From NCBI GenBank assembly GCA_017411405.1, contig JAFQQE010000010.1, positions 29,615 through 93,614 on the forward strand: DNA of 64,000 nucleotides, read 5' to 3'. The notes beneath the pieces were generated by a model that did not search any database, was not told the DNA's origin, and saw only the letters and a program-made list of their open reading frames with translations. Made by a program: the position numbers and the translations under genes. The number at the start of each line of letters is the position of its first letter. Position 1 is the first letter of the stretch. Below are positions 10,261 to 20,371 of the stretch, in pieces. This DNA comes from Bacilli bacterium. Its GTDB lineage: Bacteria; Bacillota_I; Bacilli_A; RF39; UBA660.

Positions 10261-10785
10261 CTAATTTTTATTTAGTTTTACTACACTATTTATTTTTCCT
10301 ACTATAAATACTATGCTATCACACTTTTTTATTGCAACCTTTTTAAATATTGCTTTACCGCCAACTGTTAAAGATGATATTATACTTGATACTATTATTG
10401 ATGATAGAGTTATATTTCCTCCTAACAATTTAGAAAGACTTATTGCTACCATTGCTCCCATACTACCACTTAATATTCCGCATATATCTCCTATAACATC
10501 GTTACATATACTAGCTACTTTAACTGAGTTTTTTATAAGACTTAATGATTCTTTAGCACCTTTAATTTTTCTTGATGATTTTGCATGGAATGTTGCTTCA
10601 TTACTTGTTAGAGCAGCAGTTCCAATCATATCAAATATTATTCCGATAACAATAACTAATATTGTAATTACAATCATTACTATTAAATTAGCATTAGTTG
10701 TTATTGCGTTTGATATAAAACTAAATGCAAGTGATAGAAAAAAAGTCATTAAAAAAACTTTATATATCCAGTTATCCTTCTTCAT
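10261..10785 (-). CDS. Small integral membrane protein (about 4 TM helices, Gly/Ser-rich helices) downstream of a long structured leader.
   Basis: 174 aa. Contains ICNDVIGDICGILSGSMGAMVAISL. RBS AAGGGG lies 7 nt upstream of the ATG. Family not recognised. Confidence 0.5.
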   Translation of the reverse strand: MKKDNWIYKVFLMTFFLSLAFSFISNAITTNANLIVMIVITILVIVIGIIFDMIGTAALTSNEATFHAKSSRKIKGAKESLSLIKNSVKVASICNDVIGDICGILSGSMGAMVAISLSKLLGGNITLSSIIVSSIISSLTVGGKAIFKKVAIKKCDSIVFIVGKINSVVKLNKN

Positions 10786-11284
10786 TTACGACACCCCTTA
10801 TATAAAGTTGGAAAATATTGTATGGTATACTATAAATTAATTTTACGGCTTTGGTCGAGTTGAATTTCTCTATTTCCACACCTTCAGTTACCATCTGGCG
10901 ATTTCTCTTTATGGGAAATAACTAAAAGTCACCTATTTAATTACTCGATTACCACTTAGTCCGCACCTCAAACTTTATAGTTTAACACGCTAGAAGTTTT
11001 CCTTGACACAACTAACCTATCATTATTCGCTTTTGCAATTATATTTTCATATATATAAATTCGTATAATCCCATATAATCACTCACGACATGCACATTCT
11101 ATAAGACATTGACGCAATAAAAGGATTTAAATTGTATGCCATTACAACCGTCCTTGAATTTTAAATTATATATTCACCCCAACTTGGGCAGAAGAAGCAA
11201 ATATACAAAGTGTCATCTGTACAATTGGTGGATTTTTAGCCCCACCTTCAAATAGTGTTTATGACTAGCATAATGCACCACACG
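10786..11284 (-). ncRNA. Candidate large structured ncRNA or long 5' leader of about 500 nt. Family unassigned; an OLE-like RNA is a hypothesis.
   Basis: No ORF of 60 codons or more on either strand. GC content is clearly elevated relative to the flanks (e.g. ccacaccttcagttaccatctggcgatttctc). Several local hairpins are visible, including AAGGA-CGG-UUGUA-AUGGCA-UACAA-UUUAAA-UCCUU and GGUGGGGCUAAAAAUCCACC. It lies directly downstream of a perfect sigma-A promoter on the minus strand. Confidence 0.4.
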
Positions 11285-11325
11285 AATAACATTATAGCAA
11301 ATAATTTTGATTTTGTCAAAAATTT
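11285..11325 (-). promoter_or_regulatory. Strong sigma-A-type promoter (TTGACA-17-TATAAT) driving the ncRNA/leader and the membrane protein gene.
   Basis: Minus-strand sequence aaatttTTGACAaaatcaaaattatttgcTATAATgttattcG. The -35 is the reverse complement of 11314-11319 and the -10 is the reverse complement of 11291-11296. Confidence 0.55.
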
Positions 11326-11397
11326 TTCCAGAAATTTAATGCTACATTATATTATATTTAAATATTAAAAAAATAATAATTGTTTTTATTATTATTT

Positions 11398-12090
11398 TTA
11401 ACATCCTTCATTTTCTATACAAACATTAGATTTTAATTTATCAATATGTGTTTGATAAATACTCATTAATTCTTTTTCTTGCTCTTTAGTTAATTCATCA
11501 GTTGCATTAATTTGACTAGGTACACTTACAGCATGTAGTCCAACATATTTGCCATCTTTAATAAATATTACTGTAGGAGCAAGTATTTTCTTTTCATTAG
11601 CTCTTAGAGATTCTTCATTAAATACACTAGTAATATCTTCTCCTATTATTTCGATAATATCTTCATAGATTTTAACAGATTTTGAATCTGTATTGTTTTC
11701 ATATGCTGTTCTTAGTTTTTTAAAATTAAAATAGTATAATTTTTCTATATTATTTTTACTAACTACTTCTAATAAACTTGGTAATACACTTCTACACCAA
11801 TTACATTCATTCCAACCTAAATATATAACATTAGTTCCATTTTTTAATAAATCTACTATTTCATTATCATCTATGTATTCTACATTATTATCACTTTTAA
11901 TATCTAAAGTTTTTAATATATAGTCTTCTGTTAATTCTAAACCGTTAACACTTTCATATTCTTCTTTAAATTTTATTTCATCTTCTGTATATTTTGTTTG
12001 TTTATCTTCTATTGAAACAAAGAACAAAATAGCAACTAATAAAACAATTACAACAATAACACTTATTACAATATTCAATTTGTTTTTCAT
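11398..12090 (-). CDS. Membrane-anchored thioredoxin-fold protein with a CxxC motif (thiol-disulfide oxidoreductase-like).
   Basis: N-terminal TM anchor, then IYLGWNECNWCRS (WCxxC-type active site). Confidence 0.55.
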   Translation of the reverse strand: MKNKLNIVISVIVVIVLLVAILFFVSIEDKQTKYTEDEIKFKEEYESVNGLELTEDYILKTLDIKSDNNVEYIDDNEIVDLLKNGTNVIYLGWNECNWCRSVLPSLLEVVSKNNIEKLYYFNFKKLRTAYENNTDSKSVKIYEDIIEIIGEDITSVFNEESLRANEKKILAPTVIFIKDGKYVGLHAVSVPSQINATDELTKEQEKELMSIYQTHIDKLKSNVCIENEGC

Positions 12091-12249
12091 ACTACTCTAC
12101 TTCCAATCTAATGATAATTATATCAGTATTTATTTCAAATATCAATTATTTGATTTATAAAATGTAAAATAAGTATAAATATAATGTTTTTGTTTTTACT
12201 TTAATATATAGAAATGATATAATTTTTTATATAATAAAAGGAGTTTAGT

Positions 12250-13389
12250 ATGAATACATTAAATAATAAACAAAAAATTTTATTACTTAGTATAATAATA
12301 TGTATATTTAATATATTCGTTTTTACTATATCATTTTATTATTTATTTAGTAATAATAATAAAGATATTATAACTTATAAAGATGAAATCTTTAATATTA
12401 GTTTTAATAAGAAGATATATTATGTTGGTATTAATGAAACTATAGATATTAATATAAATAATCCAGATAATATAAATTATTCTTTAATTACCGACAATAG
12501 TAATTTAATAAGTATTGATGGTAATAAAATAACAGGATTAAAAAGTGGTAAAACCAATTTAGTCATTGTTTTACCTAATAGTAAAGTTATAACTTCTATA
12601 ATCTATATTGTAAAAGGTTTAGTAGCAAGTCCTCAAGAATTTAATTATAATAAACCATATCTATCTTGTAATTATTTTTCTAATGATGAAAACAAACTAA
12701 TTGATAATACTTTAAAAGATAGGATAAATGATGTTGGATACAAAACTCGTGCTGCAGTTATTGAAGCAGCTAGATTCTTAACTTTAAATTTTGATTTTAG
12801 AATACATTATTTTTATGAAAATGGACGTTTAAATAATTTTAGCGGTAAGGAATATGTAGATGGTGAAGGAAGATATTATCATAAGGGGTTATTTTTGAGT
12901 GAATCTAAATTTGATTCTTTAGTTGCTTCTTTATATGGTCCTACTTCATGGGGATGTCCTTTAACTAACATTACTAAAGCACATGGATATGGTTATTATG
13001 TTGGTAAAAAATATCCAAATGGTTTGGATTGTAGCGGATTTGTTTCATGGGCTTTATATAATGCTGGATTTGATGTTAAAGATACTGGAGCTGGCGATTC
13101 TCCACGTAATGATGATTTATATGATTTAGGAGAAAAAAATATAATAACTGATGAACTATTAAACTCTAAAAAAGTTAAAGTTGGAGACTTAATAGCATAT
13201 AATGGTCATATGGCTATTATAGTTGGAATTGATAAAGAACACTATTATGTTTCCGAAACTTTACCTGGATTAAAAGGATTAGTTACTAAAAAATATACTA
13301 AAGAAAAATTAAAGAATACTTTTACTCATATAATGTTAATGGATAGTGTTTATAAAAAAGATGGAAATTTAACTAATATGTGGTATTAA
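12250..13389 (+). CDS. Secreted NlpC/P60-family cell-wall hydrolase with an N-terminal Ig-like (Big_2-type) domain.
   Basis: Signal/TM segment. The C-terminal catalytic region has GLDCSGFVSWALYNAGFDV (Cys nucleophile) and a downstream His (GHMAIIVG). Confidence 0.75.
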   Translation: MNTLNNKQKILLLSIIICIFNIFVFTISFYYLFSNNNKDIITYKDEIFNISFNKKIYYVGINETIDININNPDNINYSLITDNSNLISIDGNKITGLKSGKTNLVIVLPNSKVITSIIYIVKGLVASPQEFNYNKPYLSCNYFSNDENKLIDNTLKDRINDVGYKTRAAVIEAARFLTLNFDFRIHYFYENGRLNNFSGKEYVDGEGRYYHKGLFLSESKFDSLVASLYGPTSWGCPLTNITKAHGYGYYVGKKYPNGLDCSGFVSWALYNAGFDVKDTGAGDSPRNDDLYDLGEKNIITDELLNSKKVKVGDLIAYNGHMAIIVGIDKEHYYVSETLPGLKGLVTKKYTKEKLKNTFTHIMLMDSVYKKDGNLTNMWY

Positions 13390-13420
13390 TAAGAATTTAT
13401 TGCAAATTCTTATTTTTTTT
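13390..13420 (+). terminator. Rho-independent terminator after the NlpC/P60 gene.
   Basis: Hairpin AAGAATTTattgcAAATTCTT followed by ATTTTTTTT. Confidence 0.6.
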
Positions 13421-13441
13421 GCTAAAATACTTTAGTCAGAG

Positions 13442-13999
13442 GTGAGATGTATGAAATTACCAAATATAAAAATATTAGATGAATCAAATAAAATATTAAG
13501 ACAAGTAAGTAAAGAAGTAACATTTCCATTAGATAAAGAAACTAAAAAATTAATCAATGATTCTTTAGATTATTTAGAAATGAGTCAAATGGATGAATAT
13601 ATAGAAAAATATGATCTAAGAGCTGGAATGGGACTTTCTTTTGTTCAAATTGGAATATTAAAAAGAATATTTGTTATATCTGAAGAATTAGAAGAAGGTT
13701 TCAATAGATATATACTTATAAATCCAAAAGTTATATCTCGTAGTGAGGAATTAATTTATGTCGGTGAAGGTGAAGGATGCTTAAGTGTAAATAGACCAGT
13801 TGATGGTATCGTTCCAAGACATGCTAGACTAACAGTTGAAGCTTATGATATTGATGGTAATAAATTTACTATTAGAGTTAGAGAAGATATTGCAATTGCA
13901 TTTCAACATGAGTTAGATCATTTAGACGGTATATTATTTGTAGATAGAATTGATAAAAACAATCCATATAAAAACAAAGAATTTATGAGGGAAATATAG
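13442..13999 (+). CDS. def: Peptide deformylase.
   Basis: PDF motifs GxGxAAxQ-like region (AGMGLSFVQIG), EGCLS (GEGEGCLSV) and HExxH (FQHELDHLDG). Confidence 0.9.
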   Translation: MRCMKLPNIKILDESNKILRQVSKEVTFPLDKETKKLINDSLDYLEMSQMDEYIEKYDLRAGMGLSFVQIGILKRIFVISEELEEGFNRYILINPKVISRSEELIYVGEGEGCLSVNRPVDGIVPRHARLTVEAYDIDGNKFTIRVREDIAIAFQHELDHLDGILFVDRIDKNNPYKNKEFMREI

Positions 14000-14045
14000 T
14001 TAAAAGACTATATTTTTTTTATAAAAAAATAGAAACTTTAAGTTC

Positions 14046-14699
14046 CTATTTCAAAATTAATTTTGGTAATTCAATCACTTTTTCTTTATTTAATGTAATT
14101 ATTTCATTTTCTTTAGACATTTCTCTTATAGGTATATCTAGTTTTGTTGTTTTTAAAGCCATAGCTATATTTTTTAATTCATTAAAATTATTTATAGATT
14201 CTTCTAATGATAGATATTTGTTAGTTTTTAATTTTTCAAATAAATCTATTAATCTTATATCTACGGATTTTATTTTATCACTTGGTATACTTTTATAAGA
14301 TAAATATTCGTTTCCCCAATTTATTGTGCTTCTTCCAGCTTGAATACTATTAGAAAGTAAGAAGTCTACTCTACTATTTGAAAATGTATCAAATTTTTCT
14401 TCGCCTGGATATAAATCATCAACTAAAGGGTCAGATAATGATACAGCATAAGTTCCATTTGCGTGTGAATCAATGTCTCCTAATCTTTCTAGTTCAGATT
14501 TTGAATCATTTCTTAAACCTAATTTGTTTAAATCTTCTATAGTTAAAATACCATATTTAATAATAGAAGGAGCAATTTTATATTCTGTTCCGTGATGAAA
14601 TCTATAGTCAGTTACTTCTCTATTCTTTTCTTTACAATCATTAAGTATGTCTTTTATATATTCTAAAATATATTTTTCTTCTAATTTAATAGTTTCCAT
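14046..14699 (-). CDS. Hypothetical protein.
   Basis: 217-aa ORF with no recognisable motif. Confidence 0.35.
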   Translation of the reverse strand: METIKLEEKYILEYIKDILNDCKEKNREVTDYRFHHGTEYKIAPSIIKYGILTIEDLNKLGLRNDSKSELERLGDIDSHANGTYAVSLSDPLVDDLYPGEEKFDTFSNSRVDFLLSNSIQAGRSTINWGNEYLSYKSIPSDKIKSVDIRLIDLFEKLKTNKYLSLEESINNFNELKNIAMALKTTKLDIPIREMSKENEIITLNKEKVIELPKLILK

Positions 14700-14723
14700 A
14701 ATTATCCCCTTTTTATGTTTCTA

Positions 14724-15977
14724 TTAATTTAATTTTAATACTTTTTTATTAGTTTCTTCTTGTATTTTTTCTTCGATTTTTTTACTTATTTCATAAGTAT
14801 CTTTTAATATCATATATTCTTCATTAGTTGGTAAAACTAAAACTTCTATACTTGAATCAGGAGTAGATATTTTTCCTCCTTGATATGCACTTCTTCTTGA
14901 AATATTATCATTCATTTCTTTATTTAATTTAATATTTAATGGTACTGATATATCATTAATAATACTTTCTCTTAAACTAATAGCATTTTCTCCAATACCA
15001 GCAGTAAATACGATAGCATCAACTTTTCCTTTTAATTCTATATAATATTGTCCTATATATTTTTCTATAGAATTTTTTAACATTTCTAGAGCTAGTGTTG
15101 CTTTTTTATCTCCATTTTTTCTTGCACTTTCTAAATCTCTATTATCGTTTTTACCAGCAATACCTAGCAAACCACTTTTTTTATTTAATATATTAGTAAC
15201 TTCACTAACAGTTAAATTTCTTTCTTTGCAAATATATTCAATAATAGATGGATCTATATCTCCTGAACGAGTTCCCATTATTAATCCTGCAAGTGGTGTT
15301 AATCCCATTGTTGTATCATAACTTTTTCCATCCTTAACACAACACATACTTGCTCCACTACCTACATGGCATATAATTAAGTTTACATCTTCTTTTTCAT
15401 ATCTTTTTTGCATTTCTTTAGTTATATATCTATAACTTGTTCCATGGAATCCATATTTTCTAACACCATCTTGTGTATAAAATTCTTCTGGAACAGCATA
15501 TCTATAGTTTTCTTCTGGTATTGTATTATGGAAAGAAGTATCAAAAACTGCTACTTGTGGTACATCAAGATATTGCATCATACTTTTAATTCCAGCAATT
15601 GCACCAGGTAAATGTAATGGCCCAAATTTAACTAATCCTTCTAAATTTCTTAATGTTTCTTCATTAATTAGTGTTGATTCTTTATAAATTTCAGCACCAT
15701 GTAATACTCTATGTCCTACACCTTTTATTTCGTTAATATCGCTAATAAAATTATTTGCTAGCAACTCTTCTAACATAGTTTTAACAGCTTCAGTATGATT
15801 CATAATTACTTTGTTTTTTTCTTGCTTTTTACCATCATACTTTAAAGTGTAACAACTATCTTCATTACCTATTCTTTCTACTAATCCATTAACTATTTCT
15901 TTTGCCTCAGGCATAGTATATAATGAGAACTTCAATGATGAACTTCCTGCATTAATTACTAAATATTTTTCTTTCAT
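14724..15977 (-). CDS. ackA: Acetate kinase.
   Basis: 417 aa. N-terminal LVINAGSSSLKF, and HLGNG-equivalent regions (GFHGTSY, ICHVGSGAS). Confidence 0.9.
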   Translation of the reverse strand: MKEKYLVINAGSSSLKFSLYTMPEAKEIVNGLVERIGNEDSCYTLKYDGKKQEKNKVIMNHTEAVKTMLEELLANNFISDINEIKGVGHRVLHGAEIYKESTLINEETLRNLEGLVKFGPLHLPGAIAGIKSMMQYLDVPQVAVFDTSFHNTIPEENYRYAVPEEFYTQDGVRKYGFHGTSYRYITKEMQKRYEKEDVNLIICHVGSGASMCCVKDGKSYDTTMGLTPLAGLIMGTRSGDIDPSIIEYICKERNLTVSEVTNILNKKSGLLGIAGKNDNRDLESARKNGDKKATLALEMLKNSIEKYIGQYYIELKGKVDAIVFTAGIGENAISLRESIINDISVPLNIKLNKEMNDNISRRSAYQGGKISTPDSSIEVLVLPTNEEYMILKDTYEISKKIEEKIQEETNKKVLKLN

Positions 15978-16079
15978 AAAATCACCCCATAAATTTTTTA
16001 TGTTGTTTATAATAACACATCTTTTTTAAAAATGCAAATTTTTGTTCTATATATTTAAAAACACCTACATAAAGGTGTT

Positions 16080-16769
16080 TTAAACTTTCATAGTGTTTTT
16101 TAAACGTTTAATTACTTTCTTTTCTATTCTAGATATATATGATTGACTTATACCTAGCATATTAGCTACTTCTTTTTGTGTATATTCTTCTGTATTATTT
16201 AATCCATATCTTAATTTCATTATATGTTTTTCTCTATCATTTAAGGAATTTAATTCTCGTTCTAATAATACCTTATCTACTTTCGCTTCAAATTCTTTAT
16301 ATACTATATCTTCTTCAGTGCCTAGTATATCTTCCAAGTGTAATTCATTTCCTTCTGCATCATAGTTTAGTGCATCTTCAAAACTTATTTCTGTTTTTCT
16401 TCTTTTATTTTTTCTTAGAAACATGAGTATTTCATTTGCAATACATCTAGAACAATATGTTGCTAATTTTATATTTTTATCCATTTTGTAAGTATTTATA
16501 CCTTTTATTAGTCCAATTGATCCAATGCTTACTAAATCTTCTAAGTCATACCCTGTATTTTCATATTTTTTTGCAAGAAAAACTACTAATCTTATGTTAT
16601 GTTCTATTAGTTTATTTCTAGCTTCTTTATCCCCTTCTTTAGATAAAATTAAATATTTTGTCTCTTCTTCATTAGATAAAGGAGGAGGTAAAATATCTGT
16701 ACTACCTAGAAATAAACAAATATTTTCTTTTTTAAAAAACTTTAATATTAATTCTATAATTTTTTTCAT
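16080..16769 (-). CDS. sigE: Sporulation sigma factor E (pro-sigma-E).
   Basis: 229 aa. Pro-sequence with ILPPPLSNEEE, sigma-70 regions 2 and 4 (HNIRLVVFLAKKY, GISQSYISRIEKK). It immediately follows spoIIGA within the ftsA-ftsZ-spoIIGA-sigE cluster. Confidence 0.8.
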   Translation of the reverse strand: MKKIIELILKFFKKENICLFLGSTDILPPPLSNEEETKYLILSKEGDKEARNKLIEHNIRLVVFLAKKYENTGYDLEDLVSIGSIGLIKGINTYKMDKNIKLATYCSRCIANEILMFLRKNKRRKTEISFEDALNYDAEGNELHLEDILGTEEDIVYKEFEAKVDKVLLERELNSLNDREKHIMKLRYGLNNTEEYTQKEVANMLGISQSYISRIEKKVIKRLKNTMKV

Positions 16770-17572
16770 AAATCAAATATCCTTTCATTTAAAATACAAT
16801 CAGCTTTTAAATTTTCACATATTCCAATTAATACTTTTTCAATCTTTTTATCTTCTATTAAAATATATTCACAAGTTATACATTTTAGTAATCCACTATT
16901 ATTTAAAGAAGAAAATGGTACATATAATACTTTTTTATTTTTAATATTTATATATTTTTTATTAAGTAATATAATTGGTCTTTTTAAGTATGGATCAACT
17001 AATTTATTTCCTGTATCTAGAAATCCTTCTACATTAATTTCTTTATTTTTAAATTTTATTGTTACATAGTATTTTGTATTTATTCTTTTTTTATAATTTA
17101 AGTGTTCTTTAATATAAAATAAGATTATTATTGGACTTATTATTAAAAGTATAACTAAATTAATACTATATCCGTTATTTATGAATATAAAACTATTAAC
17201 TTTATATCCTAAAGAATCATTTATTAAATATAAACTTCCTCCTAATACTATACTTATTATGTATAAATAAAAAAGATTATTAAAAAATGATTTTTTACCA
17301 AAAGAAATTAATACCATAAATATACTAATTATTATTTTTACTAAATTTAAGATAATTGTTGACATTTTAAAGAATAAGAGAATTAAAGAAAGACTACCTA
17401 TAAGTGATCCTAGTAAAATTCTATATTTTTTTGTAGGAAGTTTATTTATAAATTTTACACCAGTCAATATATAGAAATCCATTATAAAGTTTATAAAAAA
17501 AACTAGGTCTATATATACTGTCATAGTATCACCTAGTTTATTATATTTTATATTTTTTAAAAAAATTGTCAA
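16766..17572 (-). CDS. spoIIGA: Sporulation sigma-E-processing aspartic protease SpoIIGA.
   Basis: Membrane N-domain and a C-terminal GFLDTGNKLVDP catalytic motif. The true start is probably the internal Met (MTVYIDL, about 17524), by comparison with the B. subtilis N-terminus MKIYLDV. Confidence 0.8.
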   Translation of the reverse strand: MTIFLKNIKYNKLGDTMTVYIDLVFFINFIMDFYILTGVKFINKLPTKKYRILLGSLIGSLSLILLFFKMSTIILNLVKIIISIFMVLISFGKKSFFNNLFYLYIISIVLGGSLYLINDSLGYKVNSFIFINNGYSINLVILLIISPIIILFYIKEHLNYKKRINTKYYVTIKFKNKEINVEGFLDTGNKLVDPYLKRPIILLNKKYINIKNKKVLYVPFSSLNNSGLLKCITCEYILIEDKKIEKVLIGICENLKADCILNERIFDL

Positions 17573-17598
17573 AATAAAAAGTTTAGATAATATCTAAA

Positions 17599-18675
17599 CT
17601 AAAATTCATCTCTATCTCTTAAAAATGATGGAATATCAAAGTCGCTATCGTCGGTTACCTTTGTACTTCTTGAAGGAATTGTTTCATTTTCTTGTGAATA
17701 GTTATTATTTCCTAATTCTCCATCTTCAAATCCAGTTGCGATAACTGTAACTATTACTTCATCATTTAAATTTTCATTTATTACGGCACCGAATATTATA
17801 TTAATATCTGTATTTGCGCTTTGTCTAACTATTTCAGCTGCATCTTCTGCTTCGAATAATGTTAAAGAATTTCCTCCAGTAACATTAATTATTGCATCAG
17901 TTGCTCCACTTATACTTGTTTCTAATAAAGGACTAGAAACAGCTTGTTTAGCAGCCTCTATAGCTCTATTTTCTCCTACGCCTAATCCAATTCCAATTAA
18001 TGCATTTCCGCGTTTTTCCATTACTGCTTTAACATCAGCAAAGTCTAAGTTTACTAATCCTGATACAGCAATTAAATCACTTATAGATTGAACGCCTCTA
18101 TGTAATACATTATCTACTTCTTTAAATGCTTCTAACATTGGAGTTGACTTATCAATTATATCTCTTAATCTATCGTTAGGAATAACAATTAAAGTATCAA
18201 CGTGTTTTTTTAACTCTTCAATACCAAGTATTGCTTGTTCCATTCTTCTTTTTCCTTCAAATCTAAATGGTTTTGTAACAATACCAACTGTTAATGCTCC
18301 TAAATTTTGTGCTATTTCTGCAATTACTGGAGCAGCTCCTGTTCCAGTTCCGCCTCCCATACCACAAGTTACGAATACCATATCAGCACCTTTTAATGCT
18401 TCTGTTATTTCAGCTTTACTTTCTAATGCTGCTTCTCTTCCTACTTCAGGATTCGCACCAGCACCAAGTCCATTAGTAATATCTTGCCCTATTTGTAACT
18501 TTGTTTCAGCTTTACTTACATTTAATACTTGTAAATCTGTATTAGCTACAATAAATTCTACTCCTTTAACTCCAGATTCTATCATTCGGTTTACGGCATT
18601 ATTTCCTCCGCCCCCAACACCAATGACTTTAATTTTTGCAATTTGATCCATTTGTAAATCGAACATATCTTCCAC
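17599..18675 (-). CDS. ftsZ: Cell division GTPase FtsZ.
   Basis: GGGTGTG tubulin signature ([12 protein letters not shown]), N-terminal [17 protein letters not shown]. Confidence 0.95.
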   Translation of the reverse strand: MEDMFDLQMDQIAKIKVIGVGGGGNNAVNRMIESGVKGVEFIVANTDLQVLNVSKAETKLQIGQDITNGLGAGANPEVGREAALESKAEITEALKGADMVFVTCGMGGGTGTGAAPVIAEIAQNLGALTVGIVTKPFRFEGKRRMEQAILGIEELKKHVDTLIVIPNDRLRDIIDKSTPMLEAFKEVDNVLHRGVQSISDLIAVSGLVNLDFADVKAVMEKRGNALIGIGLGVGENRAIEAAKQAVSSPLLETSISGATDAIINVTGGNSLTLFEAEDAAEIVRQSANTDINIIFGAVINENLNDEVIVTVIATGFEDGELGNNNYSQENETIPSRSTKVTDDSDFDIPSFLRDRDEF

Positions 18676-18680
18676 TCTCC

Positions 18681-19922
18681 TTAATTATCAAAAAAATAAC
18701 CAAAAACTTTTCCCAATATTGAGTCGCTAGCGACATTGATTCTTTTTTCACTAGAACACAATGCTTCAATTTCTTCGCTATCAAATACTGAATATTCTTT
18801 ATCTTTCATATTTAGTTTATTATTAAAATTTTTAATCATACCAATAGCAGTTGAATATTTATTATCTCTAACTCCTATTATGTTAACAGAACCAATTGTA
18901 ACATTTTTACCAAATATTTCTTCAGCAACTATATTAAAATCTTTTATTTCTGTTAAACCTCCTGTAATTATTATATAACTAATTTCTTTCTTTGTTAAGT
19001 AATTTATTTCATTTTTTGCTTTTTTTAGTATTTCTTCTACTCTTGCACTTACATATTCAGTTAATTCATATTGATTTACTGTTACTTTTTCTCCTAATTT
19101 ATTAATTAAAGTTCTTGTTTCTTTAGGATTAGCATATTTTGTAGAAGCTAAAGCAAATCTTTCTTTTAACTTCTTACTATCATTAATCTTAGTCTTATAC
19201 ATAAATGATATATCATTGTCTACATTTACTCCACCATCATCAATTATACTTTCACTAATCAAAATACCTTTATAAAAGGCTGATATAGTAGTTTTACCAG
19301 CACCTAAATTAATAATAATACCATTACTATTTGATATAAATTCGTTATTAAATAATGCATAATCTGCAATACTACCCAACATTATATCTATAACTTCTAG
19401 TCCGCATTTTTCTATAGCTTTAATAAAATCATATGTATTTTTTTTGGGTGCACTAATAATTAAGCTTTTTAATTTTAATTTATTTCCCATTAAACCTACA
19501 GGATCTTTTACTTGTTTACCATCTAATTTATACTCTATTGGAATTATATTTATTAATTCATAATTTTCATCAACTTTATTATATGCACAAGTTTTTAATA
19601 ATCTTGATATGTCACTTTTAGTAACTATACTATCATCATTAGTTATAGTATTAAGTCCTTCACCACTTGTGAATTTTATATTATATTCAGGAATACTTGC
19701 TACAATTTTTTTCAGTTTTATACCTAATAAATCTTCTGCTTTTTTTATAGCTTTTTTTATAGAATAAACAGTATCTTCAAAATTTTCAATTAATCCTTTT
19801 TTTATACCTCTAGCCTCTTCAGAAACAGCACATAGTACATTTATTTTATCTTTAACTATTTCAGCAACTACTAATTTAATTGAATTGGTCCCAATATCAA
19901 TACTAGATAAAATACGTCTCAT
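18681..19922 (-). CDS. ftsA: Cell division protein FtsA.
   Basis: 413-aa actin-like ATPase ([14 protein letters not shown]-terminus). Immediately upstream of ftsZ. Confidence 0.9.
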   Translation of the reverse strand: MRRILSSIDIGTNSIKLVVAEIVKDKINVLCAVSEEARGIKKGLIENFEDTVYSIKKAIKKAEDLLGIKLKKIVASIPEYNIKFTSGEGLNTITNDDSIVTKSDISRLLKTCAYNKVDENYELINIIPIEYKLDGKQVKDPVGLMGNKLKLKSLIISAPKKNTYDFIKAIEKCGLEVIDIMLGSIADYALFNNEFISNSNGIIINLGAGKTTISAFYKGILISESIIDDGGVNVDNDISFMYKTKINDSKKLKERFALASTKYANPKETRTLINKLGEKVTVNQYELTEYVSARVEEILKKAKNEINYLTKKEISYIIITGGLTEIKDFNIVAEEIFGKNVTIGSVNIIGVRDNKYSTAIGMIKNFNNKLNMKDKEYSVFDSEEIEALCSSEKRINVASDSILGKVFGYFFDN

Positions 19923-20026
19923 AGTGTCCCTCCTACATTATATAAATAATTATACTATATATTTTTTTTATTAACAACTATAAAATTATAAATAAAAAGA
20001 ACTGTATTATAGTTCAATTAGAATCT

Positions 20027-20371
20027 TTATTTTCCTAAAGTCTTAGTTAATGTTTTTGGTTTTTCATCTAAAATTACTAATTTATCAACTAATTCATTTA
20101 ATTCATTTTCATTCATACTCTCTATATATGATTGAGTAGCATTATAATTATATGTATTTGCATCTACATCATTTATAGCAGCTGATAGAGCTGTTGCACT
20201 AGTTAATAAAGTTGTTCCTTTAGCTGGTTCGTCATCACATATTTTAGTAGTTCCAGAAATAGAACTTCCCGTTGCTAATGTATATTCTGTATTTGTTATT
20301 GTGCTACCGCTTAACCAAAAATTACAAAATATCTTTATAAAGTTATCAATAAAATTGCTTATTAAATTCAT
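20027..20371 (-). CDS. Hypothetical small protein.
   Basis: 114-aa ORF, T/S-rich. Confidence 0.3.
   Translation of the reverse strand: MNLISNFIDNFIKIFCNFWLSGSTITNTEYTLATGSSISGTTKICDDEPAKGTTLLTSATALSAAINDVDANTYNYNATQSYIESMNENELNELVDKLVILDEKPKTLTKTLGK

Noticed and set aside
10313-10840. 175-aa plus-strand ORF.
   Set aside because: Antisense to the better-supported membrane protein gene (RBS plus hydrophobic periodicity on the minus strand). A typical shadow ORF in AT-rich DNA.
10840-11300. Considered RNase P RNA, tmRNA or SRP RNA for the GC-rich ORF-free region.
   Set aside because: No GGAAAGUCC P4 motif or ACAGAA(U/C) motif for RNase P. No GGGG 5' end, GGUUCGA T-arm or CCACCA 3' end for tmRNA. 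No SRP domain IV GGAA/AGCAG motif. The family is left unassigned.
16766-17572. N-terminal 16 residues of the spoIIGA ORF (MTIFLKNIKYNKLGDT).
   Set aside because: Orthologues begin at the equivalent of the internal MTVYIDL. The upstream extension is probably not translated, so the true start is around 17524.
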